This document shows positions 1 through 11,181 of a stretch of 64,000 nucleotides of DNA, piece after piece (the stretch's first letter is position 1; each line of letters opens with the position of its first letter). Under the pieces are notes generated by a model. It was not told the DNA's origin and ran no database searches. It saw only the letters and a program-made list of their open reading frames with translations. Location of the stretch: positions 25,025 through 89,024 of the forward strand of contig CAVUPD010000001.1 of assembly GCA_963743255.1 (NCBI GenBank). The letters run 5' to 3'. The DNA is from an uncultured Chloroflexia bacterium (lineage in GTDB: Bacteria > Chloroflexota > Anaerolineae > Anaerolineales > E44-bin32). The translations under genes were made by a program, and so were the position numbers.

Positions 1-450
1 GCCGGTCAGCGCCAGCGCCCCGTGCGTGGCGCCGTGATACGAGCGGTAGCGGGCCAGGATCTTGTGCCGGCCGGTGTAGAAGCGGGCGATCTTGATGGCG
101 TTCTCATTGGCCTCCGCGCCGCCCAGGCAGAAGAACGTCTTCTTCAGGTCTCCGGGGGCGACCTCGGCGATCTTCTTCCCCAGGAGCCCGCGCGGCTCGG
201 TGGCCATGCCCGGATGGGCGAAACACAGCCGGGCGGCCTGCTCCTGGATGGCCTTGACCACCTTCGGGTGCTGATGGCCGATGTTGAGGTTCATCAGCTG
301 CGACGAGAAATCCAGATAGCGCTTCCCGTCCGCGTCCCAGAAGTAGATGCCCTCGGCCCGGGTGATGGGGATCGGCGCAGTCGCCGATTGGATCGACCAG
401 GAGAACAGGGTGTATTCCCGGTTCATCCGCACCATGTCTTCAGAGTTCAT
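1..450 (-). CDS. class-III (omega-type) PLP aminotransferase, N-terminal 150 codons; 3' end outside window
   Basis: Own translation of complement(1..450): MNSEDMVRMNREYTLFSWSIQSATAPIPITRAEGIYFWDADGKRYLDFSSQLMNLNIGHQHPKVV...LGGAEANENAIKIARFYTGRHKILARYRSYHGATHGALALTG, a typical class-III aminotransferase N-terminus. ATG at 448-450 with GGAGGGGAAGG upstream. Not in the ORF track because there is no stop inside the window. Confidence 0.8.
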   Translation of the reverse strand, partial: MNSEDMVRMNREYTLFSWSIQSATAPIPITRAEGIYFWDADGKRYLDFSSQLMNLNIGHQHPKVVKAIQEQAARLCFAHPGMATEPRGLLGKKIAEVAPGDLKKTFFCLGGAEANENAIKIARFYTGRHKILARYRSYHGATHGALALTG

Positions 451-512
451 CGTTGTCGTGGCTGCCACCTTCCCCTCCGCAAGCATGTGTGTGTCCGCCG
501 TGCAGACGCCGC

Positions 513-1819
513 CTACTTCCTGACGCTCCGGGCGGCATCCGCCATCACGTTCAGCGTCTCGTCGATGTCGGCATCCGTGTGTGCGTAGCACAGGAACCAG
601 GGTTCGCGCGGGTCGTGATCGGGCATGACGCCGCGTTCGATCGCCGCGTCGACCAGGCGCAGGTACAGAGTCCTTGTCCGACCCGTCCCAGTCCCGCTGA
701 CAGGTCACAGTTTCTACGCCGAAGGCGAAGGAGAACATGGACGGATGCCCGCGAAAGGAGACCGGCAGGTCCGCCGTCCTCGAACACCTGCTTCAGGCCG
801 TCCATCAGCCGTCGGCCGCGCAGGGCGATCGTCTCCAGGATCGGGTGCTTCTGGAGCAAGTCGAGCGTGGCATAGGCGGCCGCCACGCCGGGCTTGTTGT
901 TGTTGAACGTCCCGCCCTGTGAGACCCCGTGCCCGATGATGCTCATGATCTCCCGCCTTCCGCCCAGTGCCGCCAGCGGGTAGCCGTTGGCCAGCGACTT
1001 GGCGTAGGTCGCCAGGTCGGGCTGCAAGCCGAAGGCCTCCTGCGCCCCGCCGCGGGCGATGCGGAATCCGGTCTTGACCTCGTCCAGGATAAAGACGATG
1101 CCGTACTCGTCGCATTTCTGGCGCACGAACTGCAGGAAGCCGGGCAGCGGCTCGATCGCGCCGCAGTTGTCCTGCATGGGCTCGGTGATGATCGCGGCGA
1201 TCTCGTGGCCGACGCGTCGCAGCGCGTTCTCCAGCGCCTCGAAGTCATTGAACGGCAGCGTGACGATCAGCGAGTGCAGGCAGTTCGGCAGACCCGAACT
1301 GGCCGGCACGGGGATCGGGCTGCGCCGGCTGCCGTAGGTCTCCGAAGGTGCGTAGGTCGAGAAAAGCAGGTAGTCCTGAAAGCCGTGGTAGTTGCCTTCG
1401 AACTTGAGGATCTTCTCGCGGCCGGTGTACGCCCGGGCGACGCGCAGCGCGTGCATCGTCGCCTCGGTCCCCGAGCATGCGAAGCGCACCATCTCGACCG
1501 CCGGACACATGGCGACGATCATCTCGGCCACCGCCACTTCCAGCTCGCCGGTCATGGCGAAGAGCGACCCCTGGTCGATCTCGGCGTGGACTTTCGCATC
1601 CACTTCCGGGTAGGCGTGCCCGAGGATGATCGGTCCGAAAGCCAGCCGGTAGTCGATGTACCGGTTCCCGTCCACATCCCACAGGTAGCCGCCCTTGGCC
1701 TTCTGGACATAGGGCGTGATGCCCTCGCCCCAGTAGCGGAAGTTGGAGTGGACCCCCAGCGGCATCACGGCCGACGCCCGGCGCTGCATGGCGATGCTCT
1801 TGTCGTGCAAGATCGTCAC
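513..1819 (-). CDS. class-III aminotransferase, glutamate-1-semialdehyde 2,1-aminomutase-like (two frameshifts near the 3' end)
   Basis: Internal part of ORF 551..2164(-): VTILHDKSIAMQRRASAVMPLGVHSNFRYWGEG...FACSGTEATMHALRVARAYTGREKILKFEGNYHG...ILDEVKTGFR. GTG at 1819 follows AAGGAG. The C-terminus continues in two other frames (DLPVSFRGHPSMFSFAFGVE..., then LYLRLVDAAIERGVMPDHDPREPWFLCYAHTDADIDETLNVMADAARSVRK, stop 513-515). Confidence 0.8.
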
Positions 1820-1968
1820 GGCCTTCTCCTTGTGTGTCTCGTCGCCGCGCCCGCCGTACCCACCACCGGATCCGTCGCCTCGGCCTGGTTCACGAGCGGC
1901 AGTCGCAGGCCGGTCGTCAGGCGGCTCGCTCCGCCGAGCAGAACACGCACTCCTGGCGCGGGGGCGAC

Positions 1969-3337
1969 CTACATCGCCTTCTTCAACTCCACCAAACAGT
2001 CGGATAGGCGGTCGATGACTTGATCCAGCACCTCGTAGGGGATGACCAGCGGCGGCTCGATGCGGATCGGTGTGCGCACTGGTGAGCGTGCCGCCGACCA
2101 GCACGCCGCGCTTGAACAGCCCGGCCGCCACCTTGTAGCCGATCTCCGGGTTGTGGAAGTGCATGCCCGATGAGCAGGCCGCGGCCGGTGATGCGGTCGT
2201 AGATCTGCGGATACTGTGCGGCGAGCGCCTCCAGCTTCGGGATCAGGTACGCGCCCTTGGCAGCGGCCTGCTCCCACAGCGCTCGCGCAGCGTGACGTGG
2301 ATGGCGGCGATCGCCGCGCTGCAGGCCAGCGCACCGCCGCCCGTGGTGGTGGTGTGAATGAAGGGGTTGGGCTCCATCATCACCTGCCAGATCTCCTCCG
2401 TAGAGCAGAAGGCGCTGACCGGCATCACGCCGCCGCCCAGCGACTTGGCCACCGCCAGGATGTCCGGCACGACGTTCCAGTGGTCCACGCCCCACAGCTT
2501 GCCGGTGCGGCCCATGCCGGTCTGCACTTCATCGGCGATGAGCAGCACGCCGTAGTGGCGTGTCAGCTCGCGCAGCCGCGGCCAGAAGTCGTCCGGCGGG
2601 ACAATCGCGCCGGCCTCGCCCTGGATCGGCTCCATGAGCACGCCGGCAATGTCGACCCCGACCGTGCTGGCAGATGTCGAGCTGGCGCTCCACGGCGTCC
2701 GCGTCGCCGAAGGGCACGTGGTAGACCGGGCCCGCCGTACAGCATCCCGGCCGGCTGGCGGTAGTCGGCCTTGCCCATCATGCGACAGCGAGCCCATCGT
2801 CTTGCCGTGGAAGGCCTTGACGGCGACGATGAAGCCGCTCTTGCGCGTGTAGAGCTTGGCCAGCTTGATGGCGCCTTCGACGGCTTCGGTCCCGCTGGCG
2901 CAGAAGAAGCTGTACTTGATGTCGCCCGGGGTGATCTGCGCCATCAGACGCGCCAGCACGCCGCGCAGCGGGTCGATCAGCTCCTGGCTGGGCATCGGCG
3001 TGCGCAGGGTCAAGTTGGGCGCGCACCGCGTCGACGATTTCAGGGTTCGCCCAGCCCAGCTCGAGCAGGCCGTAGCCGCCCAGGCAGTCGATGTACTCCC
3101 GCCCGAGCACGTCGCGGAACACGCGCCCCACTGCCCGTCCATTCGGTCGCCGCCCAGTCGCCCGCCTCGGTCACGGACTTGCGGTACTCCAGCCAGCCGC
3201 GGTTGAAGTACTCGGCGAAGTTGAGCTTGCGATTCCTCGATGATCTGCTTCCCCAAGGACTCCGGCACCGAAGGCTGGCGGATCAACTCCACCCAGCGGT
3301 CGGCATATGTCAAAGCATCGTCGAGCGATTGAGGCAC
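1969..3337 (-). CDS. class-III aminotransferase (putrescine/acetylornithine aminotransferase-like), at least 4 frameshifts
   Basis: Pieces lie in three frames. 2243..3337: MPQSLDDALTYADRWVELIRQ...FFCASGTEAVEGAIKLAKLYTRKSGFIVAVKAFHGKTMGSLS...GVLLIADEVQTGMGRTGKLWGVDHWNVVPDILAVAKSLGGGVMPVSAF. 2778..3131: GRVFRDVLGREYIDCLGGYGLLELGWANPEIVDAVRAQL. 1983..2495 and 1969..2334: ...IEPPLVIPYEVLDQVIDRLSDCLVELKKAM-stop. GTG 3337 has GGAGG 7 nt upstream. Confidence 0.7.
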
Positions 3338-3395
3338 GTCGAGCCTCCGTAGGCAGCGGGCGGGCCATGTCCCGCCCGCTGGACGGCTGTCCGCG

Positions 3396-4606
3396 TCAGC
3401 CCATTTCCTTCATCCCGTAGGGGAAGTCGTATTGGGCCATGCGCTGCATGAACGGGTCGGGGTCGAAGGCTTCCGGCCCGAAGACCCCGGCGCCCTTCCA
3501 GATCCCCGGCCTCGAGCAATTCCATGGCGATCACCGGGTTGACCGCCGTCTGCCATACCACCGCCTGCACCCGGTACTTCTTCATGCAGGTCTCGTTGTC
3601 CGCCACCTGGTACAGGTAGACCTGACGCGGTCGGCCGTCCTTGCGGCCTTTCACCCACGTCCCGGCGCAGGTCTTGCCGAACATGCGGTCCCCCAGGTGC
3701 GCCGGGTCCGGCAGGCAGGCGGCAACGACATCGCGCGGGGCGACTTTGACGCCGCCGACCTTGATCGGGTTCTTGTTGTCCAGGCCGAGCATCTTGATCG
3801 TCTTGAGCACGCGGATGAAGTCGTCGCCCAGGCCGTACTTGAAGGTCACTCGCTTGCACTTGACCCAGCGCGGCACGAGCAGCACTTCCTCGTGCTCGAC
3901 GTTGACGCATCCCTGCGCGCCGATGCCCTCCGGAAACTCGAAGGTCTCGAGCTCGGAGAAGGGCTCGGTCGTGTACCAGCCGCGGGCCTTCTCCCAGATG
4001 ATGGGCGGATTGAGGCATTCCTCGATCGTGGTCCAGATCGAGAAGTTCGGGGCGAACTCGTAGCCCCGCACCTCGAGGTTGGCGCCGTCGCGCACGTTGA
4101 TCTCGTCGATCTCGTCGAACAGGTGCTTCTCGGCGTACTTGGCGAAGACATCCGCCATGCCCGGCTCGACCCCCATGCCCAGCAGGGCGAGCAGGCCCTT
4201 CTTCTCCCAGCTGCGCGGCGCGTTCGAACTGGTAGTCGCCCAGTTTCACGCCCGGCTCCTCGAACGGCCGGGTGGGATGGGGCGACGACAGCGTCATGGC
4301 CATGTCCATGTAGGTGCAGCCGTACTGGTATGCGGCGTCGAAGATCTTCTCGTTGAACAGCGGCTCGACGGCGTTCATGATCAGGTCGACCTTGTGCTTG
4401 CGGGCCAGCTCGACGATCTGCGCCTTGTTGCTGGCGTCGATCGCCGCGATCGGGAACTTCTTCGGGTCGCGCAGCTTGGCCCGCACCTCGCGGCAGCGCT
4501 TGGGATTGATGTCCGTCAGGACCATGCGCTCCAGCCACGGTGCCTTTTGCGCCACCACGGCGATCGCCTCGCCGACTCCCCCCGTCCCCACCAGCAGCAC
4601 TCTCAT
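3396..4606 (-). CDS. saccharopine dehydrogenase family NAD(P)-binding oxidoreductase (2 frameshifts)
   Basis: 3410..4684 frame from MRVLLVGTGGVGEAIAVVAQKAPWLERMVLTDINPKRCREVRAKL (Rossmann GxGxxG). It continues in the 3310..4176 frame (GMGVEPGMADVFAKYAEKHLFDEIDEINVRDGANL...VAPRDVVAACLPDPAHLGDRMFGKTCAGTWVKG). The last ~30 codons (GVFGPEAFDPDPFMQRMAQYDFPYGMKEMG, stop 3396-3398) are in a third frame. ATG 4604-4606 follows GGGAGG. Confidence 0.75.
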
Positions 4607-4691
4607 GCCTGCCTCCCGGGCTCGCGGGCCCTCGTGCCATCGCCCCCGGGGCGAGGGTGTCCCTCGCCCCGGGCCTCGATTCAATTCACGG

Positions 4692-6279
4692 CTACGCGTC
4701 CGCGCCCTCGGGGTTGAACGGATCGACGTCCGGCACCCCCGGTTTGAGGGTCCGCCGGATCGGGAAATACAGCAGGGCGCCGACCGCCATGGCCGCCAGC
4801 GCCAGCCACAGCGAACTCAAGCCTTCCTCCTGGATCTGACTGTAGATGGCCAGCAGGATGATCGCCGTCGGCCCGAGCGTCACCAGCAGCATCCCCAGCC
4901 ACCCGCCGGGCACTTTCTGGCGCGGCAGCTCGGGCCGGGTGATGCGCAGCTTCCACATCGCCCCGAACTCCGCCAGGATCACGAGCGTCTGCAGGAAGAC
5001 ATCGACGACGACCAGGAAGGCGAATGCCTGCAGCGAGAACAGCGTGAAGGCAAAGGCGCAGACCAGGATCGCCACCCAGGGCGTGCCGTAGCGCGGGTGG
5101 ACACGCACCAGCCACTTGGGCATCATCCCGTCTTCGGCTAGCGCGAAGGGGATACGCGATCCGCCCAGGCTGTTGCCGATGAACAGGCCGATCATGCTCA
5201 GCACGGCGGCGACGGTCAGGAACCCGCCCAGTACGCGCGGCAGGGCGCTGTCGGGGCCGGTCAGCTTGGCGGCAATGGCATGCCCGATGTCGGGGAACTC
5301 CCATCCGACGGCACTGGTCGGATCGACGCCCCAGGCCTCGTACTGCTCGGGCGCCACCCCGTATTCCTCGAGGACGACGCCGATGCCCTCGCCGTCGCCG
5401 TACTCCTCGATCCCCCACGCCTGGTAGCGCCCGTCCTCGCCCGCCGCCCCCGTACAGTCCGGCCAGCGTCGGTAGGGCGTAAGTGGCGACGGCGGCGATC
5501 AAGACCAGCAGCATGGCGCGCGGGTAGGTCTTCCGCGGGTTGACGATCTCATCGCCGGCGGCTGCCGGCAGTTCCCAGCCCATGTAGTTCCACATCACGA
5601 CAAACAGCCCGACGCTCAGCGCGCCCCCCAGCGTCTCGCCCTCGGGCAGGAACGGGAGAGACGCCGTGGTGCCGCCCTGGATCCAGACGATAAATCCCAG
5701 GACGGTCATCACCACGAGCGGCGCCATCACCAGCACGCCCAGCCAGCTGGTGGTCAACCCGGCCAGGCGCGCGCCTCGCACCTGGAGCGCCGACATGGCC
5801 CAGATGATGACGGCGGCGACCAGGAACGACATGAATCCGCCGCTCAACTCAAGACCGCCAAGCGTGATGCCGTTCCGGATTGCGGGGAAGAAGTAACCGA
5901 GGTAGTAGGCGGCCAGCACCGGGTAGATGGCCACGTCGACGAACGACATGATCCAATTCATCCAGCCGGCCATGAAGCCGGAGAAGGGCCCGAACGCCTG
6001 TTTGATCCAGTGATAATAGCCGCCCTCGACCGGCATCATCGAGTTGAGCTCGCGCACCATCAACATGTTCGGCAGGCTGAAGATCAGCGGGGTGATGATG
6101 ATCAGCAGCATCGCCAACCCCGGCCCCGACCACCCCACCAGCGCCTCGATGCCAAAGGACCCGCCCGAGACGGTGAAGTAGATCAGGCCGAACAGGGGCA
6201 ACAGTGTCAGCTCGCGTTTGAGCTTGCGTCGCTCGGCGACGATCTCCACGGCGGCCACATTCGATCCGGATTGTGTCAT
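4692..6279 (-). CDS. APC-superfamily amino acid/polyamine permease (1 frameshift near 5440)
   Basis: 4681..6420 frame from MTQSGSNVAAVEIVAERRKLKRELTLLPLFGLIYFTVSGGSFGIEALV..., a polytopic hydrophobic pattern. It joins the 4692..5357 frame (...IGNSLGGSRIPFALAEDGMMPKWLVRVHPRYGTPWVAILV...). ATG 6277-6279 follows GGAGGAG. Confidence 0.8.
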
Positions 6280-6424
6280 GATGCTCCTCCTCTGAAGCCT
6301 TCGAGTGTTCGCAGCGCGGATGCCCGCGTCAAGAGTTGTTCTCGTGTTCCGGCTTGCCGATCTCCGGCCCGATGCGGCGCCCAAGGCTGCTCTCCCCCGC
6401 ACCGAATCGGTTGACCCCACCGGC

Positions 6425-6916
6425 CTAGTCTTTCCGGACGGGCTTCTCCATGCAACCGGACCTTGGGATGCGCCACTGATACACGTCCTTGAGGACCATG
6501 GGAACGATCACGGTGGAAGTCTTGCGCACGCCGGGGATGTTGGCGATGACCTCGGTGGTGAACCGATAGACCTCGGCGTTGTCTCGAGCCACGACTTGCG
6601 TGCTGATGTCGGTCTCCCCCATCGAGCAGCCGACGTAGCTGACGCATTCGTACTCGGTCAGCTTGCGGGCGACGTCGAGGATGCTGGCGGCATCGACTTG
6701 AATGAAGACGTCGGCGGTGACGCCGTATCCGAGCGCCCGTGGATTCGGGATGGCGCCGACGTGCACCAGCCCGGCTGCGATCATCCGATCCAGACGATAG
6801 CGAACGACGCGTTCCGAGACCGCCCCCAGCCGGCGCGCAATCTCGGCGCACGGCATCCGCCCATCCTCGATGAGCAGGTCGACAATTCGGCGATCGACTT
6901 CGTCGATTTCCGACAT
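6425..6916 (-). CDS. Lrp/AsnC family transcriptional regulator
   Basis: Intact 163 aa: MSEIDEVDRRIVDLLIEDGRMPCAEIARRLGAVSERVVRYRLDRMIAAGLV (AsnC-type HTH) plus a C-terminal ligand-binding-like domain. It heads the co-directional permease/dehydrogenase/aminotransferase cluster. Confidence 0.85.
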   Translation of the reverse strand: MSEIDEVDRRIVDLLIEDGRMPCAEIARRLGAVSERVVRYRLDRMIAAGLVHVGAIPNPRALGYGVTADVFIQVDAASILDVARKLTEYECVSYVGCSMGETDISTQVVARDNAEVYRFTTEVIANIPGVRKTSTVIVPMVLKDVYQWRIPRSGCMEKPVRKD

Positions 6917-6949
6917 AATTCACTTCAGAACTGTTGGGAATGTACATCA

Positions 6950-6978
6950 AAAATAGCATGGCTGGGGTTTCGAGTCAA
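6950..6978 (-). promoter_or_regulatory. candidate sigma-70 promoter of the lrp-family gene
   Basis: Minus strand reads TTGACT (6978-6973), 17 nt spacer, TATTTT (6955-6950). It sits in a locally AT-rich divergent intergenic region about 35 nt upstream of the ATG at 6916. Confidence 0.45.
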
Positions 6979-7152
6979 TGAGCGTTCTCCGGTCTCCGAA
7001 ACTCAGCGAGGCATTCTGGTCAAAATTGATAAGATCTCACCTGTCGGCGCCGCCTCAGTCTGGATTAGATATGCCCCGGGGTCAGCCCGGTAGGAAACCG
7101 AAGGCGCCGGAGCGCCAGCGTTACGCCGCGGCGCCAAGGAGTCGTCCCTACG

Positions 7153-7729
7153 ATGCCCGGTCTTGACCACTTCGGCCTGCTGGCTCCACTCTACGACCGG
7201 CTGATCCGGCCCCCGGACCTGGGCCGACTGGTGGACCTGGCCGGGTTACCGACGCGTGGTCGGCTGCTGGACGTGGGGGGTGGCACGGGGCGCATCGCCC
7301 AGGGGCTGGCCGCCCTTGCGGCGCATGTCGTCGTGGTGGATGAGTCTTGGCGGATGCTCTCACCGCGCCCGCGCCAAGTCGGGCCTGCGCCTAACCGCTG
7401 GTCACGCCGAACGGCTGCCCTTCACCCCGGGCGCATTCGCACGCGTGATCATGGTCGATGCCTACCATCATCTGGAGGACCAGGAGCGCAGCCTGGCGGA
7501 AATGCTACGCGTGTGCGCACCCGGCGGCCGGGTCGTTGTCGAAGAGCCGGATATCGATCGCGTCGGCGTGTGGGCGATCGCGCTGTTCGAGCGGCTGGCA
7601 CTGATGCGGAGCCGCTTCCGCCGCGCCGAAGAGATCGCCTCCGGGTTCCGGGCACTGGGCGCCGACGTGAGCGTCCATCGCCAGGCGACGACAGCCTGGA
7701 TCGTCGCCCAGGCTCCCGCCCGCGCCTAA
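7153..7729 (+). CDS. class I SAM-dependent methyltransferase (1 frameshift near 7350)
   Basis: RLLDVGGGTGRIAQGLAALAAHVVVVDES (SAM motif I) in the 7153..7743 frame. It continues in the 7256..7729 frame: LPFTPGAFARVIMVDAYHHLEDQERSLAEMLRVCAPGGRVVVEEP. Confidence 0.75.
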
Positions 7730-7872
7730 CCGCCGTGGTTTGATGTCACGGGGCAGCACGCCGGCGCCGGCGACGACGCCGCGCTCAGCGCCCGCGTGCC
7801 GACTGCTGGTCCAGAGCGGGCGATCAGGACGGCGACTGCCGCGCCTTTCGACCCACCCTTGAGCTTGCCGCG

Positions 7873-9504
7873 CTAGTCGTAGACCGGATAGAAGCAGCCC
7901 GAGGGTCTTTCCCCGCGGGTCCTCGACCGTCCAGCCGTAGCGCGGCCCTTCGCTGTCGACGTGATACCCCGATAGGATCGCCCGCCACGGTTCGAGCGCC
8001 GATCGCGCCCGCAAGACGGACAGATGCGTGGAAGGCCATGCCTGTGAGGCGCGTTGATCGAGGGACACCAATTGGCATGCCAGCCTCGGCAGCAGGTCCT
8101 TCTGCATCTCCGGCGACGACTCCCCGGCCAGCGCGGCCAGCGCCGGAATGGAATCCTCGCTCAGCCCCGTGAGGTACACGGTGTCGAGCTCACCGCCGGC
8201 ACGGGCGCGTTCTGCATTCCGCCGCACGATGAAGTCGTCGACATTCAGGACATTGAGCGTGAGGGCGAACCCGAGTACGGTGCCGACCGCCGCCGGCGCG
8301 AAGGCACGCAGGTTGCCGGCGAGGAGCGTCAACAGGAACAACAGGAAGGACACACCCATCCACAGGATCGCGGCGTGGGTATAGGCTCGCAAGCGGGTGA
8401 ATCCGATAGGCCGCCTCGTACAGCTGCAGTCGCAGAAAGGCCGAGGTCAGGATCACACCCACCAGCGCCACCATCAAGGCACTCAGGCCGAGGAACCAGC
8501 CTTGCTGCCCTGGCGATCCCCGGCGCGTGTAGGCGCCCAGGCCAAGGATGAGCGCCAGCGTCAGGAAGGCGACCGCCACCAGTTCCCCGAACCCGCGCCG
8601 GGCATACTCCGAGTAGGTGAACCCTGAGGCGGTGATGTTCGGCCTCGCCTCCGAAGAGATAGCGGATCTGGATGAAGACGAACAATGCGAACAACAGATC
8701 GACCGCCGCCAGGACGACCACCAATTCGGTGAACCCCAGGAACGGCGCCAGAAGCGGTTTGTGTTCTCCGATCAATTTTCGGTCCCCGGGGTCGCGCAGC
8801 GCCGCAACCAGCGCGCCGAGGAAGAAGATCGCACAGACCAGGACGACGACCGTCCGGCGGGCGAGATCGGCCAGGCGCTCGAGGTCGAGCCACTCCAGCG
8901 CACGGCGCAGGTAGTCGGCGAAGATCAGATCGGCGGCTGTCAGCAGCGCGGCGAAGACCACCAGGATCGGCAACGCCAGGAGCATGCCGCGCAGGATGGC
9001 CACCAGCCGGCTGTTCGCGCCGCGGTCTCCCAGGGCCTGACGGTTGGCAGCCGAGAGCACTTGCCACGGGCGAAGGAGCGCTTCCAGCGGAACCCAGGCC
9101 ATCGCGACCAAGTAGTCCACCCAGCCGAAGGCGAGCAGCCTGCCGGTCCGGAACGTGCGCACCCAGAAGGCCAGCAGCGCAAGCACCACGACGATGTTCA
9201 GGAAGAGAGTCAGTGGTTCGAGGCGCACGAAGGCCAGCGCGGCGAAGCCCACGATCGGCACGACGAGCCACAGACTGCCCGTTGCCGGCCGGCGGGACTC
9301 TGCCCATGCCATGCCGACCCCCACCAGGCAGACGAGGGCGGCCCAGATGGGAAAGGAGATCCCGACGGGCCGTGCGTAGAACAGGATCTCGACTGCCAAT
9401 CCGAGCGCCAGCGCGGCGAGGCTCAGTCGAAGAGGATGGCGAAAGACGTCGACCTGAGGCACCGGCTCGCCGGTGCCGGGCAACGAAGAGCTCGAGTTAG
9501 TCAT
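7873..9504 (-). CDS. polytopic membrane protein, DUF4153/DUF4173-like (at least 2 frameshifts; 3' end uncertain)
   Basis: Starts MTNSSSSLPGTGEPVPQVDVFRHPLRLSLAALALGLAVEILFYARPVGISFPIWAALV (ATG 9502-9504 after AAGGAG). Hydrophobic segments continue through the 8329..9624, 8190..8579 and 7505..8392 frames. The tail of the last frame overlaps the opposite-strand methyltransferase and looks out of frame. A plausible stop is at 7873-7875 (GCFYPVYD-stop) after one more shift. Confidence 0.5.
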
Positions 9505-10304
9505 CCTGTGCTCCTTGGATCGATGTGTGACTCGTCTGACGGCAGCAGCCACAGCTGCTGGGCTTGGCGGTCGAGGATCAGGTGGACTTGCCCGCCGTCG
9601 CCACAATCCGCCCAGGCGCGCCATGCTTGGATGGGCGTCGGGCCCGCTGAGGGCTCACCGTCGGAAACCCGCGACCCCTGATGTCGTTCCACGCGTCTTC
9701 CCTTCCAACGCTCCGGGCCCGGGTTCCTCTGTGGGAGGCCGTTCATCCGGCCCTCCTGGAGTGTACTGCTACTGCCTGCCGCCCTTCTGCGATTCGTCGT
9801 GTTCGAGGCTCGAAGGACAAGGGAGTGAAGCACGAACCCGGCACAGGCGCCGACTGCGGCCACCAGAAGGAACGGGACGGGCAGAAGGACAAGCCCGATC
9901 GCTTCCGCCGCGCCGGGCGGGGCCTCGGCGCCAGCCGTCGAAGCGTAGCCTGGCATCAACCGCACCATCATGCTGCCGACCAGGAGCCAGATCACCAGGC
10001 TGCCTACCCCGACCAGCATCCCTCGCGCGGCCGGTGCCCATCCATCCGGGAAACCCGGGACGACGATCACCCCACCGAGCAGGCTTCCCAGAAGGAGGGC
10101 CAGTAACAGCGGAGCCAGGTACACGTAAGCCAGGGCGAACGCCCCCCACCGCCAGGCAGCCAGTCCTCCGATCAAGCGCGCCTGCGCCACCAGAACGGGC
10201 AGGGCGAACAACGCCTGTCCCACCAGCAGGCCGGCGGCAGCCGCGAACCACAGCCCGGAGAAGGCCTTCGGGTTCTCCACCGCCCATCGACTCAAGCCAG
10301 ACAC
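9501..10304 (-). CDS. hypothetical membrane protein
   Basis: 267-aa ORF whose N-terminal ~170 aa contain several hydrophobic spans. Its stop overlaps the downstream start (ATGA at 9501-9504), which suggests translational coupling with the DUF4153-like gene. Confidence 0.55.
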   Translation of the reverse strand: MSGLSRWAVENPKAFSGLWFAAAAGLLVGQALFALPVLVAQARLIGGLAAWRWGAFALAYVYLAPLLLALLLGSLLGGVIVVPGFPDGWAPAARGMLVGVGSLVIWLLVGSMMVRLMPGYASTAGAEAPPGAAEAIGLVLLPVPFLLVAAVGACAGFVLHSLVLRASNTTNRRRAAGSSSTLQEGRMNGLPQRNPGPERWKGRRVERHQGSRVSDGEPSAGPTPIQAWRAWADCGDGGQVHLILDRQAQQLWLLPSDESHIDPRSTG

Positions 10305-10644
10305 GAGGAGTCCCTTGATGTTGGGACAACTGGCGAGTCGGCTGGATCAGAGAATCGGAGCCTCCGTCGGGCCGCTCGCCTAAACGGACTGCGAGCGGAT
10401 GCCTGGGCGCCATGGTGGCGCGTCGCGTCTGTCAGACGACCACGGCCGGCTTTCAGGAAACCGCGAAGACGGTCAAAGGCTATCAGCCGGGCTGACCATA
10501 GGCAGGAAGCGGGTGGGGTCGTTCGCGGCAGGCTCGCCCAGGGCGGGTGGCCTATACTGGGGATGGCGCACTTGGGGGACTGATCGGGCGGGAACTAATG
10601 CGATTCCGCCAGCGTCTGCAGAGCAGGATGGAGGAGGTGGCGGC

Positions 10645-11160
10645 ATGAAGACTCCTATTGCCCGTTTGGTCGCGGGGTCCTGCATTGTCGTGGCCCTGGC
10701 CGCGTGCGCGGACGCACAGACCGCTCCGGCGACCACAACGCCGGCTGCCGCGCCATCGCCGACGGCGCTGGAAATGCTTCCGGCCGCGCCCACACGGTCG
10801 GCGGCTCCGCTTTCCGAGGCTACGCCCCCGGTGGCGGACGCCTACGTCGAGCGCGCCGTCATGGTCGTGGCGGCTGAGCTGAACCTGGCGCCGGAGGCGG
10901 TCAGCGTCAAGGACATTGAGCCCATGGACTGGCCGGATGCTGGCCTGGGTTGCACGCTGACAGGCATGGTCTACCTGCAGAAGGTGACGCCGGGGTTTCG
11001 GGTCACGCTCTCCGCTGCCGGGACTGAGTACGCCGTCCACATGGATGCAGCCGGGACGGCGATCCTCTGCTCGCCCGATGGCACGCCGCTCCCCGGGTCG
11101 ATCCCGATCCTGCCCGGCGAGCGCATTCAGGACGGCCAGCCCTGGATGCCGGTTAACTGA
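10645..11160 (+). CDS. hypothetical lipoprotein
   Basis: MKTPIARLVAGSCIVVALAAC (signal peptide with lipobox LAAC). ATG 10645 follows GGAGGAGGTGG. The longer ORF-track start at 10399 has no RBS. Confidence 0.6.
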   Translation: MKTPIARLVAGSCIVVALAACADAQTAPATTTPAAAPSPTALEMLPAAPTRSAAPLSEATPPVADAYVERAVMVVAAELNLAPEAVSVKDIEPMDWPDAGLGCTLTGMVYLQKVTPGFRVTLSAAGTEYAVHMDAAGTAILCSPDGTPLPGSIPILPGERIQDGQPWMPVN

Positions 11161-11181
11161 GCCGTCTCCGCAAAGAAAGTT

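Noticed and set aside
7384-7728. Additional GCCTAAC heptamers at ~7388 and ~7722, considered as possible attC boxes.
   Set aside because: They lie inside or at the end of the methyltransferase coding region. They lack the AACTCGCTGAAGCTGACCCGG arm and any GTTAGGC partner, so they are chance matches.
7505-7872. 3' extension of the DUF4153-like ORF through to 7505.
   Set aside because: This tail overlaps the opposite-strand methyltransferase gene and turns into R/G/A-rich shadow-frame sequence. The real gene probably ends near 7873 after a further frameshift.
8617-9681. 354-aa + strand ORF rich in D/E/Q/R.
   Set aside because: It is antisense to the DUF4153-like membrane-protein gene. It has low-complexity shadow-frame composition.
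10399-10644. Long N-terminal extension of the lipoprotein ORF (ORF-track start 10399).
   Set aside because: There is no RBS, and the extension is R/G-rich. The internal ATG at 10645 has a strong GGAGGAGG RBS and starts a canonical lipoprotein signal peptide.
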